Assembly: GCA_027593235.1 (NCBI GenBank)
Contig: JAQCIU010000009.1
Coordinates: forward strand, 32,001-96,000
Length of the DNA stretch: 64,000 nucleotides
Source of the DNA: Chloroflexota bacterium
GTDB lineage: Bacteria > Chloroflexota > Dehalococcoidia > UBA2979
Direction of reading: 5' to 3'
Numbering within the stretch: position 1 is the stretch's first letter; every line of letters starts with the position of its first letter. Of this stretch, positions 49,828 to 59,239 are shown one piece after another. The position numbers and the translations under genes were made by a program. Below the pieces are notes generated by a model. The model was not told the DNA's origin. It searched no databases and saw nothing but the letters and a program-made list of their open reading frames with translations.

Positions 49828-50556
49828 ATGCCCCGTGAACGCCACATCGATCTCGAACGCGCTGGCGCAACCATCCCCGCCCTCCTCTGGCTCCCCGAGG
49901 GTGGCGCACCGCCCTACCCGCTCGTGCTCGCCGGCCACGGCGGCGGCGGCCACAAGACCGACGCCTTCATCGCCGGCCTCCGCGATCGCCTGCTCCCGGC
50001 CGGCGTCGCCGTCGCCGCCATCGACGCCGTCGCCATCGACGCCGTCGGTCACGGCGACCGTGTCGAGGCCGCACCAACCCCCGAGGACGTCGTCCGCGTG
50101 ATCGCCCTCGCCGCTAGCTACGACGCCATGACCGCCGACTGGATCGCCACCCTCGACGCCCTGCTCGCCACCGGCGACTTCCAGTCCGCCGCCGTCGGCT
50201 ACGCCGGCCTCTCCGGTGGCTGCCTCTTCGGCCTGCCTTTCATCGCCGCCGACCAGCGCATCGCCGCCGCCGTCCTCGGCGCCTGCGGGTACGAGGGCGC
50301 CCCGCTCCTCGACGCGGCCCCGGCGACGTTCGCGCCGATCCTCCGCGCGGCAGCGCAGCGGTACGACCGTCCGGCGTTCTTCGTGCTCCAGGAACAGGAC
50401 GATTTCTTCCCACCGACCGGCGGGCGCGCGCTCTTCGCGGATCTCGCGAGCGCGGACAGGGAACTACTCGCGTCGCCCGGCACCCACACACAGGTACCCG
50501 TCAGCGCCGTCGATCGAATGACAGATTGGCTCGTCGCGCGGCTTGTCGCCGGCTGA
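49828..50556 (+). CDS. Alpha/beta hydrolase (dienelactone-hydrolase-like)
   Basis: GHGG, GHGDR, GLSGG nucleophile elbow and PGTH. Confidence 0.82.
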   Translation: MPRERHIDLERAGATIPALLWLPEGGAPPYPLVLAGHGGGGHKTDAFIAGLRDRLLPAGVAVAAIDAVAIDAVGHGDRVEAAPTPEDVVRVIALAASYDAMTADWIATLDALLATGDFQSAAVGYAGLSGGCLFGLPFIAADQRIAAAVLGACGYEGAPLLDAAPATFAPILRAAAQRYDRPAFFVLQEQDDFFPPTGGRALFADLASADRELLASPGTHTQVPVSAVDRMTDWLVARLVAG

Positions 50557-50564
50557 CCCCGAAC

Positions 50565-51077
50565 TCAGGCGACGCGGACGAGTGCTGACTGGCTCAGCCG
50601 CCGTACCTCGTCCGTCGCCTTCGCGATCGTGAACGTCAGGTACAGCATCGACTGCACGCTGTACTCATTGATTGGCGGCTCGCCCTCGGCTGCCAGATCG
50701 CGGCCCGCCACATCCCGCAGTGTGATCCCGCGGTACACCCCGTCCTCGCCCCGGTCCCACGAGGCGTAGACATACCGGTTCCGCCAGGACAACGCGTCCT
50801 CCGCGTCTTCCTTCACCAGCTCCGCCACGGCTTCCAGCACCGCGTCGCGGAACTTCCGGTACGCGCCCTCTTCCGCCAACCGCCGCACCTCAAGCACCAG
50901 CGGCCGCGCCGTCAGACCATGCAGCCGCCCTGGCGGCCCCGCCAGGTTGCGCACGCCCGTAAACGCGAGCGCCAGCAGCGCTCGCTCCAGGCGCGCGGAC
51001 TCAATAACCAGGCGCCCGATCTGCTCGGCAACCTGGCTCAGCGCGGGATCCATCGGGCGCGTTTTCCAGTCGTCCAT
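50565..51077 (-). CDS. Hypothetical protein
   Basis: ATG 51077, typical codon bias; IGRLV...LE and RNRYV helical pattern. Confidence 0.6.
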   Translation of the reverse strand: MDDWKTRPMDPALSQVAEQIGRLVIESARLERALLALAFTGVRNLAGPPGRLHGLTARPLVLEVRRLAEEGAYRKFRDAVLEAVAELVKEDAEDALSWRNRYVYASWDRGEDGVYRGITLRDVAGRDLAAEGEPPINEYSVQSMLYLTFTIAKATDEVRRLSQSALVRVA

Positions 51078-51459
51078 GCAACGACTATCGACGTGATTTG
51101 GCGCCCCGCGAGCGGCCCAGCCTGCCGATCGTCCCCGCTCTTTCGATACCCTCGAGGTATGTCCAGCGACAGAGAGCCCCGGATCGGCGCGGTCGCGCTC
51201 GGCGTCGTCGTTCAGGACGGCCACCTGCTCCTCGAGCCGATGGCGAAGTGGCTCAACGTCGGCCTCGTCTGGCGCCCGATCGGCGGCTATATCAACTTCG
51301 GCGAGCGCGCCGCCGAAGCCGTCGTCCGCGAATTCCGCGAAGAACTCGCGCGCGACGTCGAGGTCATCCGCCTCATCGAGGTCTACGAGAACCTCGTCAC
51401 CTTCCCCCTCTCCAGCGGCCCGCTCGAGGTCCACGAAACGTCGTTCATCCACGAACTGC

Positions 51460-52684
51460 TGCGGACTCAAGCGGTCAACGCAACAGCCTCGGCGAACTTC
51501 TCTGATGGTGTGTGGAAGCCGAGCGTCTGTCGAGGACGTCCGTTCAGCTCATCGGCAACCGCATCGAGCTGCTCCTGCGTGACATTCGCGAGGCTGGTGC
51601 CCTTCGGGAAGTACTGACGGAGCAGCCCGTTGGTGTTCTCGTTCGAGCCCCGCTGACAGGGACTGCTCGGATCGCAGACGTAGATCTGCAGCCCGGTGTC
51701 GAGCGTGAACCTGGCGTGCTGCGCCATCTCCTTGCCCTGATCCCAGGTCAGCGAGCGCACTAGCTGTTCCGGGATCGTCGCGATCCGGTCCTTCAGCGCG
51801 TCGAACACCGCCTCGGAAGTGCGCCCGTTCGGCAGCCGTACCAGCACCGCGAAACGAGTGCTGCGCTCGACCAGCGTCGCGATTGCTGAGTTCCCTTTCC
51901 CGAGCAGCAAGTCGCCCTCCCAGTGACCGGGTACCGCCCGGTCCTCGGCTTCGGCCGGACGCTCGCTGATGTGCACCGCGTCGCGCAGCTGGCCCTGCCC
52001 GTTCACCGCGTGCGGCGTCCGCGGACTGCGCACCTTCCGCCGCGAGCGCAGGTACTGCGTGAGCTGCTTGCGCAGCGTGCCGCGGGGCTGGATGAACATC
52101 GAGAGGTAGATCGTCTCGTGCGACACGCGGAACTCCCGGTCGCGGCAGGCGTGGGCCAGCCAGCCAGCGATCTGCTGCGGCGACCAGCGTAATTGCAGCA
52201 ACGCTTCGACCGCGTGCCGCAGCTGAGGGAAGCTCCCGAGCTTGGTCGCCTTCGGTCTGCGCGCGCGCTTGAACGCGGTCCGCTCGGCCTCGCAGGCGCG
52301 GTATTGGCCACGCCCGCCGTTGCGGGCCACCTCGCGGGAGACCGTCGATGGAGCCCGCCTCAACCGTCTGGCGATCTGCCGGCAGGAGTCGCCGGCGACC
52401 AGTCCCCGCGAGATCTCTTCACGCTCAGCCGGCGAGAGTCGTAGCTCGGACCGCCGCAACTCCCGCGGCTGTCGTCCGCCGGTCGAGGCGATCAGCCGTC
52501 GCAGCATTCCCATGTCGCGTCTCACGCCGCGACTGATCGATCGCAGCGACTCCCCGACACCGTACCGCCGCCAGATCTCCGTCTGCTCTCGTTGGCTCAG
52601 CCCACCACGTCTCATCGGTCACCCTCCTCGTCACGAACATCCTGTTCGTTCGACGAGGTGGTGCGTTGATCAGTTGAGACCACC
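51460..52684 (-). mobile_element. IS30-family insertion sequence, 1225 bp
   Basis: Imperfect terminal inverted repeats (TGCGGACTCAAGCGGTCAACGCA vs reverse complement GGTGGTCTCAACTGATCAACGCA) and a 2-bp GC duplication at 51458-51459 and 52685-52686. Confidence 0.92.
51467..52615 (-). CDS. IS30-family DDE transposase
   Basis: STVSREVARN HTH, WSPQQI, SHETIY, GHWEGD, TWDQGKE, QRGSNENTNGLLRQYFPK and LNGRPR motifs. Confidence 0.96.
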   Translation of the reverse strand: MRRGGLSQREQTEIWRRYGVGESLRSISRGVRRDMGMLRRLIASTGGRQPRELRRSELRLSPAEREEISRGLVAGDSCRQIARRLRRAPSTVSREVARNGGRGQYRACEAERTAFKRARRPKATKLGSFPQLRHAVEALLQLRWSPQQIAGWLAHACRDREFRVSHETIYLSMFIQPRGTLRKQLTQYLRSRRKVRSPRTPHAVNGQGQLRDAVHISERPAEAEDRAVPGHWEGDLLLGKGNSAIATLVERSTRFAVLVRLPNGRTSEAVFDALKDRIATIPEQLVRSLTWDQGKEMAQHARFTLDTGLQIYVCDPSSPCQRGSNENTNGLLRQYFPKGTSLANVTQEQLDAVADELNGRPRQTLGFHTPSEKFAEAVALTA

Positions 52685-52920
52685 GCGCTTCGTACCATCC
52701 AATCGCCCCACCGACCTCGAACCACTCCCCTCGTTCGAACAAGACGCCGCACCGGGCAACGCCCACTCGTTCGCTCACTGGCTCCCAATCGACGAACTAC
52801 GCGCGGGCGTGCACCCCGTCTTCCCACCGTCACTCGTCACCATGCTCACGCCGCTGTTCGGGTAACCGCGTCCTGTCGCTACTATCAGCGCACACAGCGC
52901 GCGAACTCCGAGGCGGCACA

Positions 52921-53889
52921 GTGAACATCTTGATCATGACCAGCGTCACGATGATGGACGTCGATGACGCCATCCTTGATCGCGTCCGCGATGCCGCCGG
53001 CCACGACGCCGAAATCGCCGTCACCACCAGCCCCGGCGAAGCCCTCGAGGCCGCCGCCGACGCCGAGGTCATCTTCGGGCGTATCGACGAGCAGCTCTTC
53101 CAGCACGCCACCAAGCTCCGCTGGGTCCACGCCAGCACCGCCGGCGCGGACGCCTACCTCTTCCCCGCCTTCAAGGAGAGCGACGTCCTGCTCTCCGGCG
53201 ACAAAGGCCTCGTCGGCAGCCACCTCGCCGAAACCGCCTTCGGCCTCCTCCTCGCCCTCACCCGGCGCATCGATCACGCCCTCCTCGCCGGCCCGGCCTC
53301 CTGGGATCACCGCGTCGACTACCGCCGTCAGGAGTTCGAACTCGAAGGCCTCACCATGGGCATCGTTGGCTTCGGCGGCACCGGTCGCCACATCGCGAAG
53401 CGCGCCGCCGCCTTCGGCATGCACTGCATCGCCGTCGACCGCGATCCCGTCCCACCCACCGCCGAGGTACCCACCGTCTGGGGATCGGATCGCCTCGATG
53501 AGCTGCTCGCCACCTCTGATGTCGTCGCCTCCGGCCTGCCGCTGACCGAGGACACCCGTGACCTCTTCGACGCTCGCGCCTTCGCCCTCATGAAACCCAC
53601 CTCCATCCTCGTCAACGTCACCCGCGGCGAAGTCGTCGATGGCATGGCCCTCGTTCAGGCGATCGAAGACGGCCAGATCTACGGCGCCGCGCTGGACGTC
53701 GCCCCCCAGGAACCACTCCCCGCCGCCCACCCGTTGTGGACCACGAAGAACGTCGTCATGACCCCGCACACCGCCGGTGCCAGCCAGCTCCGCGTCGGCC
53801 GTAACCTCGATCGCTTCTGTCGAAACCTCACCCGATTCCGCGCCGGTGAACCGTTGGAAGGCGCCATCGACAAAGAACTTGGATACTAG
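52921..53889 (+). CDS. D-2-hydroxyacid dehydrogenase
   Basis: GFGGTG, NVTRG, LDV..QEP and TPHTAG motifs. Confidence 0.93.
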   Translation: MNILIMTSVTMMDVDDAILDRVRDAAGHDAEIAVTTSPGEALEAAADAEVIFGRIDEQLFQHATKLRWVHASTAGADAYLFPAFKESDVLLSGDKGLVGSHLAETAFGLLLALTRRIDHALLAGPASWDHRVDYRRQEFELEGLTMGIVGFGGTGRHIAKRAAAFGMHCIAVDRDPVPPTAEVPTVWGSDRLDELLATSDVVASGLPLTEDTRDLFDARAFALMKPTSILVNVTRGEVVDGMALVQAIEDGQIYGAALDVAPQEPLPAAHPLWTTKNVVMTPHTAGASQLRVGRNLDRFCRNLTRFRAGEPLEGAIDKELGY

Positions 53890-53919
53890 GAGCGGACATC
53901 GACGCCTTGAGGAGCCTCC

Positions 53920-54186
53920 ATGAGCAATGAATCCCCCATCACCATCAGCGCCTTCGACGAGCGTTGGTGGGCCGGCATGCTCGCCCGCCGCCGTATCGCC
54001 CACCAGCTCGAAGAGGGTGAAAGCGGCGACTGCAGCTACCCGGACTGCGCGTGGCACGGCGTCACCCCCGGCGAGGCCAATGCACCATCGCCCGCATCGC
54101 CACCCTGACGCTCGACCTCTGCGAGTCATCTCGCGGCGCTCCAGGTTGGAGACGCCACCCCCTTCATCCCCGAGGACTACACATAG
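53920..54186 (+). CDS. Small DCSxPxCAWHG-motif protein, paralog of 62760-63071, disrupted by TGA 54106 or paired frameshifts
   Basis: AGGAG RBS; 20/40 ungapped identity to the paralog; similarity (SHLxxL) resumes after the TGA and runs to TAG 54186. Confidence 0.7.
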
Positions 54187-54247
54187 GGGCCACCCGGCCC
54201 CGCTGAACCGCCCGCTGCTCCCCGACCCTTCCCCCACGAGGTGACCC

Positions 54248-54799
54248 ATGGCTCGGCTGCCGAACCTGCTCAACCGCGCCGAGGTCCCCGCCGAACTGGT
54301 CGACGCGTACGACCGCGTCGCCGCGCTGCGCAACGGCGCGGTCTCCGGCCCCTACGGCATCCTGCTGCACAGCCCGGAACTGGCCGAGCGCGTCGCCGCC
54401 CTCGGTGAGTTCGTCCGCTGGAACTCCGCCCTCACCCCCGTGCAGAGCGAAACCGCCATCATCACCGCCGCCCGCTACTGGAACGCCGACCTGATGTGGG
54501 GCGCCCACGTTCGCATCGGCCGCGAAGCCGGTATCCGCGAAGAAGTGATCGCCGCCGTCGGCACCCGCGCCGCCCTCGACGGACTCGCCCCGGGCGAAGC
54601 CGCGATCGTCCAGTACGTCCGCGAACTGCTCGAAACGCACCGCGTGCAATCCGCGACCTTCGAGGCCCTGCGCGACGCCGTCGGCGAGCGCGGTGTCGTC
54701 GATCTGACCGGCCTCGTCGGCTACTACGCGGTCGTCGGCTTCACCCTCAACGGCTTCGAGGTCGAGCCACCGGCTGGTTCGGAACCCCTGCCGGCATAG
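54248..54799 (+). CDS. Carboxymuconolactone decarboxylase family protein
   Basis: GPYGILLHSPEL, WGAH...GREAG and LVGYY motifs; paralog of 35932. Confidence 0.88.
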   Translation: MARLPNLLNRAEVPAELVDAYDRVAALRNGAVSGPYGILLHSPELAERVAALGEFVRWNSALTPVQSETAIITAARYWNADLMWGAHVRIGREAGIREEVIAAVGTRAALDGLAPGEAAIVQYVRELLETHRVQSATFEALRDAVGERGVVDLTGLVGYYAVVGFTLNGFEVEPPAGSEPLPA

Positions 54800-54861
54800 C
54801 CGATCGCTCCGCGGTACGCCGCCGGCCGGCGACCGCACGTTCCGCAGCGAGAGGACGCCCG

Positions 54862-55941
54862 ATGGCCGACTTCCCGACCGTGCTCGACGAGATCACGCCT
54901 GCCTTCTTGAGCGAAGTCCTCGGCAGTGATGTCTCCGCCGTCACCGGGTCGCTGGTCGCCGCGCAGGGCGCCGTCTCGACCGCCGCGCGCCTCCAGCTCA
55001 CCTACGCGCCCGGCGCCGCCGGCCCGCCCGCCGTCTTCGCCAAGTGGTCCGCACCCATCGAGGCCGTTCGTCGCATGGCCGCCCAGAACGGCATGTATCG
55101 ACGCGAAATCCGCTTCTACAAAGACCTCGCCGCCACCTCGGACATCCAGACCCCGCACTGCCACTTCGCCGGCTGGGACCGCACCACCGACGAGTTCCTG
55201 CTGATCCTGGAGGACATGAGCGCCAGCCGTGTCGGCAACTTCTACGCATCCGCGCTCGCTGACGTCACCGCCGTCGTCGTGGCGCTGCCGCCATTCCACG
55301 CCCGCTGGTGGAACCATCCAGACCTCGCAAAGCTGCGCTGGCTCTTCCCGCTCGACCATCCCGCGGCGTCGGGCGGCCTCCAGGCTGCGTTCACCGCATC
55401 GCTCGATCGCACACGCACGCGCTTCCCCGACCAGTTCGACGGCGCACTCGGCGCCGTCTCCGCCGCAATCGTCGACCGATATCCCGCGATCGCCGGTCGC
55501 TTCGCCGCGCGCCCCGTCACCCTCACCCACGCCGATCTCCACCTTCAGCAGGTGTTCTTCCCCGGCGCCGAAGGCGGTCACTTCGCCGTCTTCGACTGGC
55601 AGACGATCGGACGCGGCTTCGGCGGTCAGGATCTCGCCCGCATCATCGCGATGAGCCTCACCACCGACGCCCGCCGCGAGCACGAACGCGCGCTCGTTGC
55701 CCGCTACCACCAGGGCCTGCTCGCCGCTGGGGTCCGCGAATACGATCTCGCCGCCTGCTGGGACGACTACCGGCTCGGCATGATCTGGAGCGCGCTCCTC
55801 AACGTCGTCGCCGGTGCCTCGATCGATCGTGCCGCCATGGACGCTGACGCCGCCGCGTACGGAACCACGCTCGGCGCGACCTTCTTCGGTCGCATCGACG
55901 CCGCGCTCGCCGATCTCGATGTGGTCGCGCTGCTGCCCTAG
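54862..55941 (+). CDS. APH/choline-kinase-like phosphotransferase
   Basis: REIRFY, LILED, HADLH and DWQ motifs. Confidence 0.88.
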   Translation: MADFPTVLDEITPAFLSEVLGSDVSAVTGSLVAAQGAVSTAARLQLTYAPGAAGPPAVFAKWSAPIEAVRRMAAQNGMYRREIRFYKDLAATSDIQTPHCHFAGWDRTTDEFLLILEDMSASRVGNFYASALADVTAVVVALPPFHARWWNHPDLAKLRWLFPLDHPAASGGLQAAFTASLDRTRTRFPDQFDGALGAVSAAIVDRYPAIAGRFAARPVTLTHADLHLQQVFFPGAEGGHFAVFDWQTIGRGFGGQDLARIIAMSLTTDARREHERALVARYHQGLLAAGVREYDLAACWDDYRLGMIWSALLNVVAGASIDRAAMDADAAAYGTTLGATFFGRIDAALADLDVVALLP

Positions 55942-55984
55942 CGCATGCGTCGCCCCGTGATCCTCCGCGCCGTATCATCACGCG

Positions 55985-56215
55985 ATGGTCGACCGTCGCG
56001 GCAGACTCGAATCCGATCCGTTCGCCTTTACCGTCACCCGCGATCAGCTCGTACGCATCTCCCGCGCGGGCAAACACGTCACCACACTCGGTGCGAACGC
56101 CTCGGCGCGGTTCCTCGCCGCCGTCGAAGACACTGAAGAGCCGGCGCGCCAACAGTTGATGGCGCGCGCGACCGGCAACTACAAGCGCGGAAACGAGCGT
56201 CGAGGGCGTCCGTAG
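55985..56215 (+). CDS. Small conserved-looking hypothetical protein
   Basis: C-terminal QQLMARATGNYKRGNER motif; fills the intergenic gap. Confidence 0.75.
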   Translation: MVDRRGRLESDPFAFTVTRDQLVRISRAGKHVTTLGANASARFLAAVEDTEEPARQQLMARATGNYKRGNERRGRP

Positions 56216-56263
56216 CACGCACGATCAGCGCACCTGAACTACCCGCGCGATGACGGTATCGGA

Positions 56264-57196
56264 TCAGGCCTCGGGTGCGATGCCCCGTGCCTCGATCTGT
56301 GCGCGAACCGCCTGGCCGATCCGTGACGGATCCAGCTCCTGGATCCGTGGTCCGTCGTCCCGCCGGTACGGCGCGTAGGGGTCAGCGTCGAAGAAGTCAG
56401 AGTCGTAACTGGCCACCCACCAGACGTTGAACGCGATGCTCGCCGTCATGATCGCCGCGCTCGCCACCGCAAGCCACCAGTACCGCGGCCCGACCACCAG
56501 CGGTTCCGGCCGCCGATTGGGGAGTTGCTCCTGCAACGGCTCCGCTCGAACCACGACGGTCCCGGCCAGCTTGTCGTGCCATGTCTGATTGCGATCGTCC
56601 CAGAGCGCCCACAGGAACCCCAGGCCAAAGAACAGGACGCTGAACGTCCGCATCGAGTAGCGGATCAATCCGTGCACCACCCCCGGACGTCGCCCGTCCA
56701 GCCGCACGACCCGGATGCTGCTCGCGGCTTTCCCCGGCGACCAGCCGAAGGAGTCAAGACTCCACTGCACCAGCAGCATCAGCATCGTGATCACCGCGGT
56801 CGCCACCGCAAACCCACGTCCGGATCCAACCTCCGCGGCGTTCTCACCGTCGGGACCCGCCGACGCCACCAGGCCGACGATCAGTACGATCATCACCACG
56901 TAGATCGCTGCGATCAGCGTGACCCAATCGAGGACCAGCGCCCCCAGCCGCTTCCCGAACCCGGCCAACGGGAGCTGCACACCGCCAACGTCGGCGAACT
57001 TCGTGCCGTACGGGTAGGTCCGAACCCCGCTGCTCGCTGGGATGGCGCCGCCTGACACGACCTGCGTCGCCGGCGTTGCACCGCTCACCGCGTAGCCGCA
57101 GCGCGCGCAGAACCGCGCATCCACGGGAAGTTCCCCGCCGCATTTCAGACAGAAATACCAGGAGCGCGCTGATGTCATCGTCTGTATGGTCGACAC
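56264..57196 (-). CDS. Zinc-ribbon RDD family membrane protein
   Basis: CLKC and CARC pairs; KRLGALVLD; SPGK; QTWHDKLAGTVV. Confidence 0.87.
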   Translation of the reverse strand: MSTIQTMTSARSWYFCLKCGGELPVDARFCARCGYAVSGATPATQVVSGGAIPASSGVRTYPYGTKFADVGGVQLPLAGFGKRLGALVLDWVTLIAAIYVVMIVLIVGLVASAGPDGENAAEVGSGRGFAVATAVITMLMLLVQWSLDSFGWSPGKAASSIRVVRLDGRRPGVVHGLIRYSMRTFSVLFFGLGFLWALWDDRNQTWHDKLAGTVVVRAEPLQEQLPNRRPEPLVVGPRYWWLAVASAAIMTASIAFNVWWVASYDSDFFDADPYAPYRRDDGPRIQELDPSRIGQAVRAQIEARGIAPEA

Positions 57197-57247
57197 TCTG
57201 ACCAGATTCTTTCATCCGCGCAATCGGAACCGGGCTGGGACTGACGT

Positions 57248-57916
57248 ATGGACTTCGCCGGCCTACAGTTACTCGGCTTCGCATTCGTGATCCTTGGCGG
57301 CCTCACTGGGCTGATCTGGGGCCTCACCACCAGCGGTTCGCACTTCCCGACAGCACACCTCGATCAGCAGTTCGGCATCACCACCGCCACACCGGCACGG
57401 CGCCTCACCGCCAGCGTGCTGGAGGTGGCACTGTTCGTCTGCACCTTCGCTATTGGCTGGGTGATCTGGTTCCTGATCGTCGCGCCACGTGGTCAGACCC
57501 CGGCCAAGGTGCTGCTATCGACCTACGTGATGCGCGAGGATGGCAGCCGTGCCGGCGGCTGGTACATGTGGGGCCGCGAGGCCTTGGTGAAGTGGCTGCT
57601 CTTCTCATTCCTGAACACCTTCACCTTTGGCGTCGCTTCCACCCTCGCCGCGCTCTGGTGTCTCTGGGATGACGACAAGCAGTGCGGCTGGGACAAGGTG
57701 ATGTCCTCGTACGTCGCCTACTCTCCACACGACCCACCGTCCCGCCGCACGGATATCGCGGCGGATCCCGGTCCCGGCGCCACCGCTGGCCCGCCCACCA
57801 TCGCGGAAACGCGCCCATCCGATCGGCTACGCGAACTACAGCAACTGCGCGCCGACGGCATCATCACCGCCGAAGAGTACGAGGAACGTCGGCAGCGCCT
57901 GATCGATCAGCCGTAG
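57248..57916 (+). CDS. RDD family protein with C-terminal SHOCT domain
   Basis: RRL, GQTPAK and Q..WDK motifs; LRELQQLRADGIITAEEYEERRQRL. Confidence 0.85.
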   Translation: MDFAGLQLLGFAFVILGGLTGLIWGLTTSGSHFPTAHLDQQFGITTATPARRLTASVLEVALFVCTFAIGWVIWFLIVAPRGQTPAKVLLSTYVMREDGSRAGGWYMWGREALVKWLLFSFLNTFTFGVASTLAALWCLWDDDKQCGWDKVMSSYVAYSPHDPPSRRTDIAADPGPGATAGPPTIAETRPSDRLRELQQLRADGIITAEEYEERRQRLIDQP

Positions 57917-58005
57917 TCGCCACACGCGGGTTGCGACCTCTGGCGGGCGCAGAGCGGCGCGCGGCGTGGTGCGGGTGGTACCGGCGCGGCAGGACGCCGC
58001 GCCCC

Positions 58006-59202
58006 TCAGTTGGCCGCCGCTGGCACACCGTCAGCCAGCGCCTGCTCCACGCCCCGCGCGGCCCGCTCGATGTCGTCCTCGTTGTTGAACACGTGCAGCG
58101 ACAATCGCGTCGCATCCCGCTCCCGCACCACCCGGCAGACCACGTGGTGCTCCGACTGGAGCCAGGGCCCAAGGTCGGCGGCCGGCACCCCCGCCGTGGT
58201 GAAACAGAACAACCCCGTGCGCGCTTCCTCCGTGCGTGGGCTGTCGATCGCCACGCCCTCGATCCCGCTGAAACGCGCCTCCGCGAATCGGCTCAGCTCA
58301 CGCACGCGATCGAACACAGCCTGCGGCCCGGAGACCAGGTAGCTCTCCACCGCCTGCACAGCGCCCGCCACCAGCACCGGCGGCACCGCCGCCAGCTCGT
58401 ACTTCCCGGGGACATCCCCCTTCGGCGCGAAGCCGCCCTGATGATCCCACTGCTCCGCGTAGCTCACGTCGACGATCGATGGCGTGACCCGCGGCAGCGC
58501 CTCCGCGCTCACGTAGAGCGCGCCGATCCCGCGCGGCCCGCCCAGCCACTTCTGCGCCGGGATCGCGTATGCGTCCACGCCCAGCGCGTGCACGTCGATC
58601 GGGATGTGACCGCCCGTCTGCGCGCCGTCGATCACCACCAGCGCCCCAACACGGTGCGCCGCCTCCGTGATCGTCCGCACCGGCAGCAACTGCCCCGTCG
58701 CGTACGCCACCTCGGAGATCATCACCACCGACGTCCGCTCGTTGATCGCCGAGGCAAAGCGCTCGAGGATCGCGCCGTGCGAATCGTCCGGTGCCACCGC
58801 GACGAAATCCACCTCGATCTGGCTCAACTGACCCGCGTGGTAGAGCGGCACGACGCCCGATCCATGCTCCAGTGAGCTCGTCACGATCCGGTCGCCGGCG
58901 CTCAATGCCAGCCCCGCCAGCACCGTGCTCACACCCACGCCGGTGCTCGCCGTGATCGCCACCTCCTGTGGCTCGGCGCCCAGCACCTGCGCGAAACCGG
59001 CGCGCAACCGCTCACGCTCCTCGCGTGCCTTGTCCATCGCGACCCGCGTCGTCGTCCCGTGCTCCAACTCGAAGTCGAGCTGCGCCCGGATCGCGTCCGT
59101 CATCGCCCGCGACGGCGGCGGCGCGAAGCCGGTGTTCAGATACGTGTAATGCTCCAGCGCCGGGATATCCGCCCGCAACGCAGCCCAGCGCTCAGCCGTC
59201 AT
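58006..59202 (-). CDS. Class V PLP-dependent aminotransferase/lyase
   Basis: YLNTG, EH, DGAQ, QKWLGGPRG and RLSLH motifs. Confidence 0.9.
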   Translation of the reverse strand: MTAERWAALRADIPALEHYTYLNTGFAPPPSRAMTDAIRAQLDFELEHGTTTRVAMDKAREERERLRAGFAQVLGAEPQEVAITASTGVGVSTVLAGLALSAGDRIVTSSLEHGSGVVPLYHAGQLSQIEVDFVAVAPDDSHGAILERFASAINERTSVVMISEVAYATGQLLPVRTITEAAHRVGALVVIDGAQTGGHIPIDVHALGVDAYAIPAQKWLGGPRGIGALYVSAEALPRVTPSIVDVSYAEQWDHQGGFAPKGDVPGKYELAAVPPVLVAGAVQAVESYLVSGPQAVFDRVRELSRFAEARFSGIEGVAIDSPRTEEARTGLFCFTTAGVPAADLGPWLQSEHHVVCRVVRERDATRLSLHVFNNEDDIERAARGVEQALADGVPAAAN

Positions 59203-59239
59203 CGCATCCCCTCACCCACTCGCTGGCTCGAGCCTCGCG

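Larger units (their letters stand above)
51159..52865 (+). pseudogene. NUDIX hydrolase interrupted by IS30
   Basis: Nudix box GGYINFGERAAEAVVREFREE. Removing the IS and one GC copy restores the frame FIHEL-RFVPSN...WLPIDEL...P.FP to TAA at 52865. Confidence 0.87.

Noticed and set aside
58006-59202. Selenocysteine lyase linked to the selenoprotein
   Set aside because: Class V PLP motifs are generic, no clear desulfurase catalytic Cys loop is visible, and the gene is 58 kb from the Sec gene.
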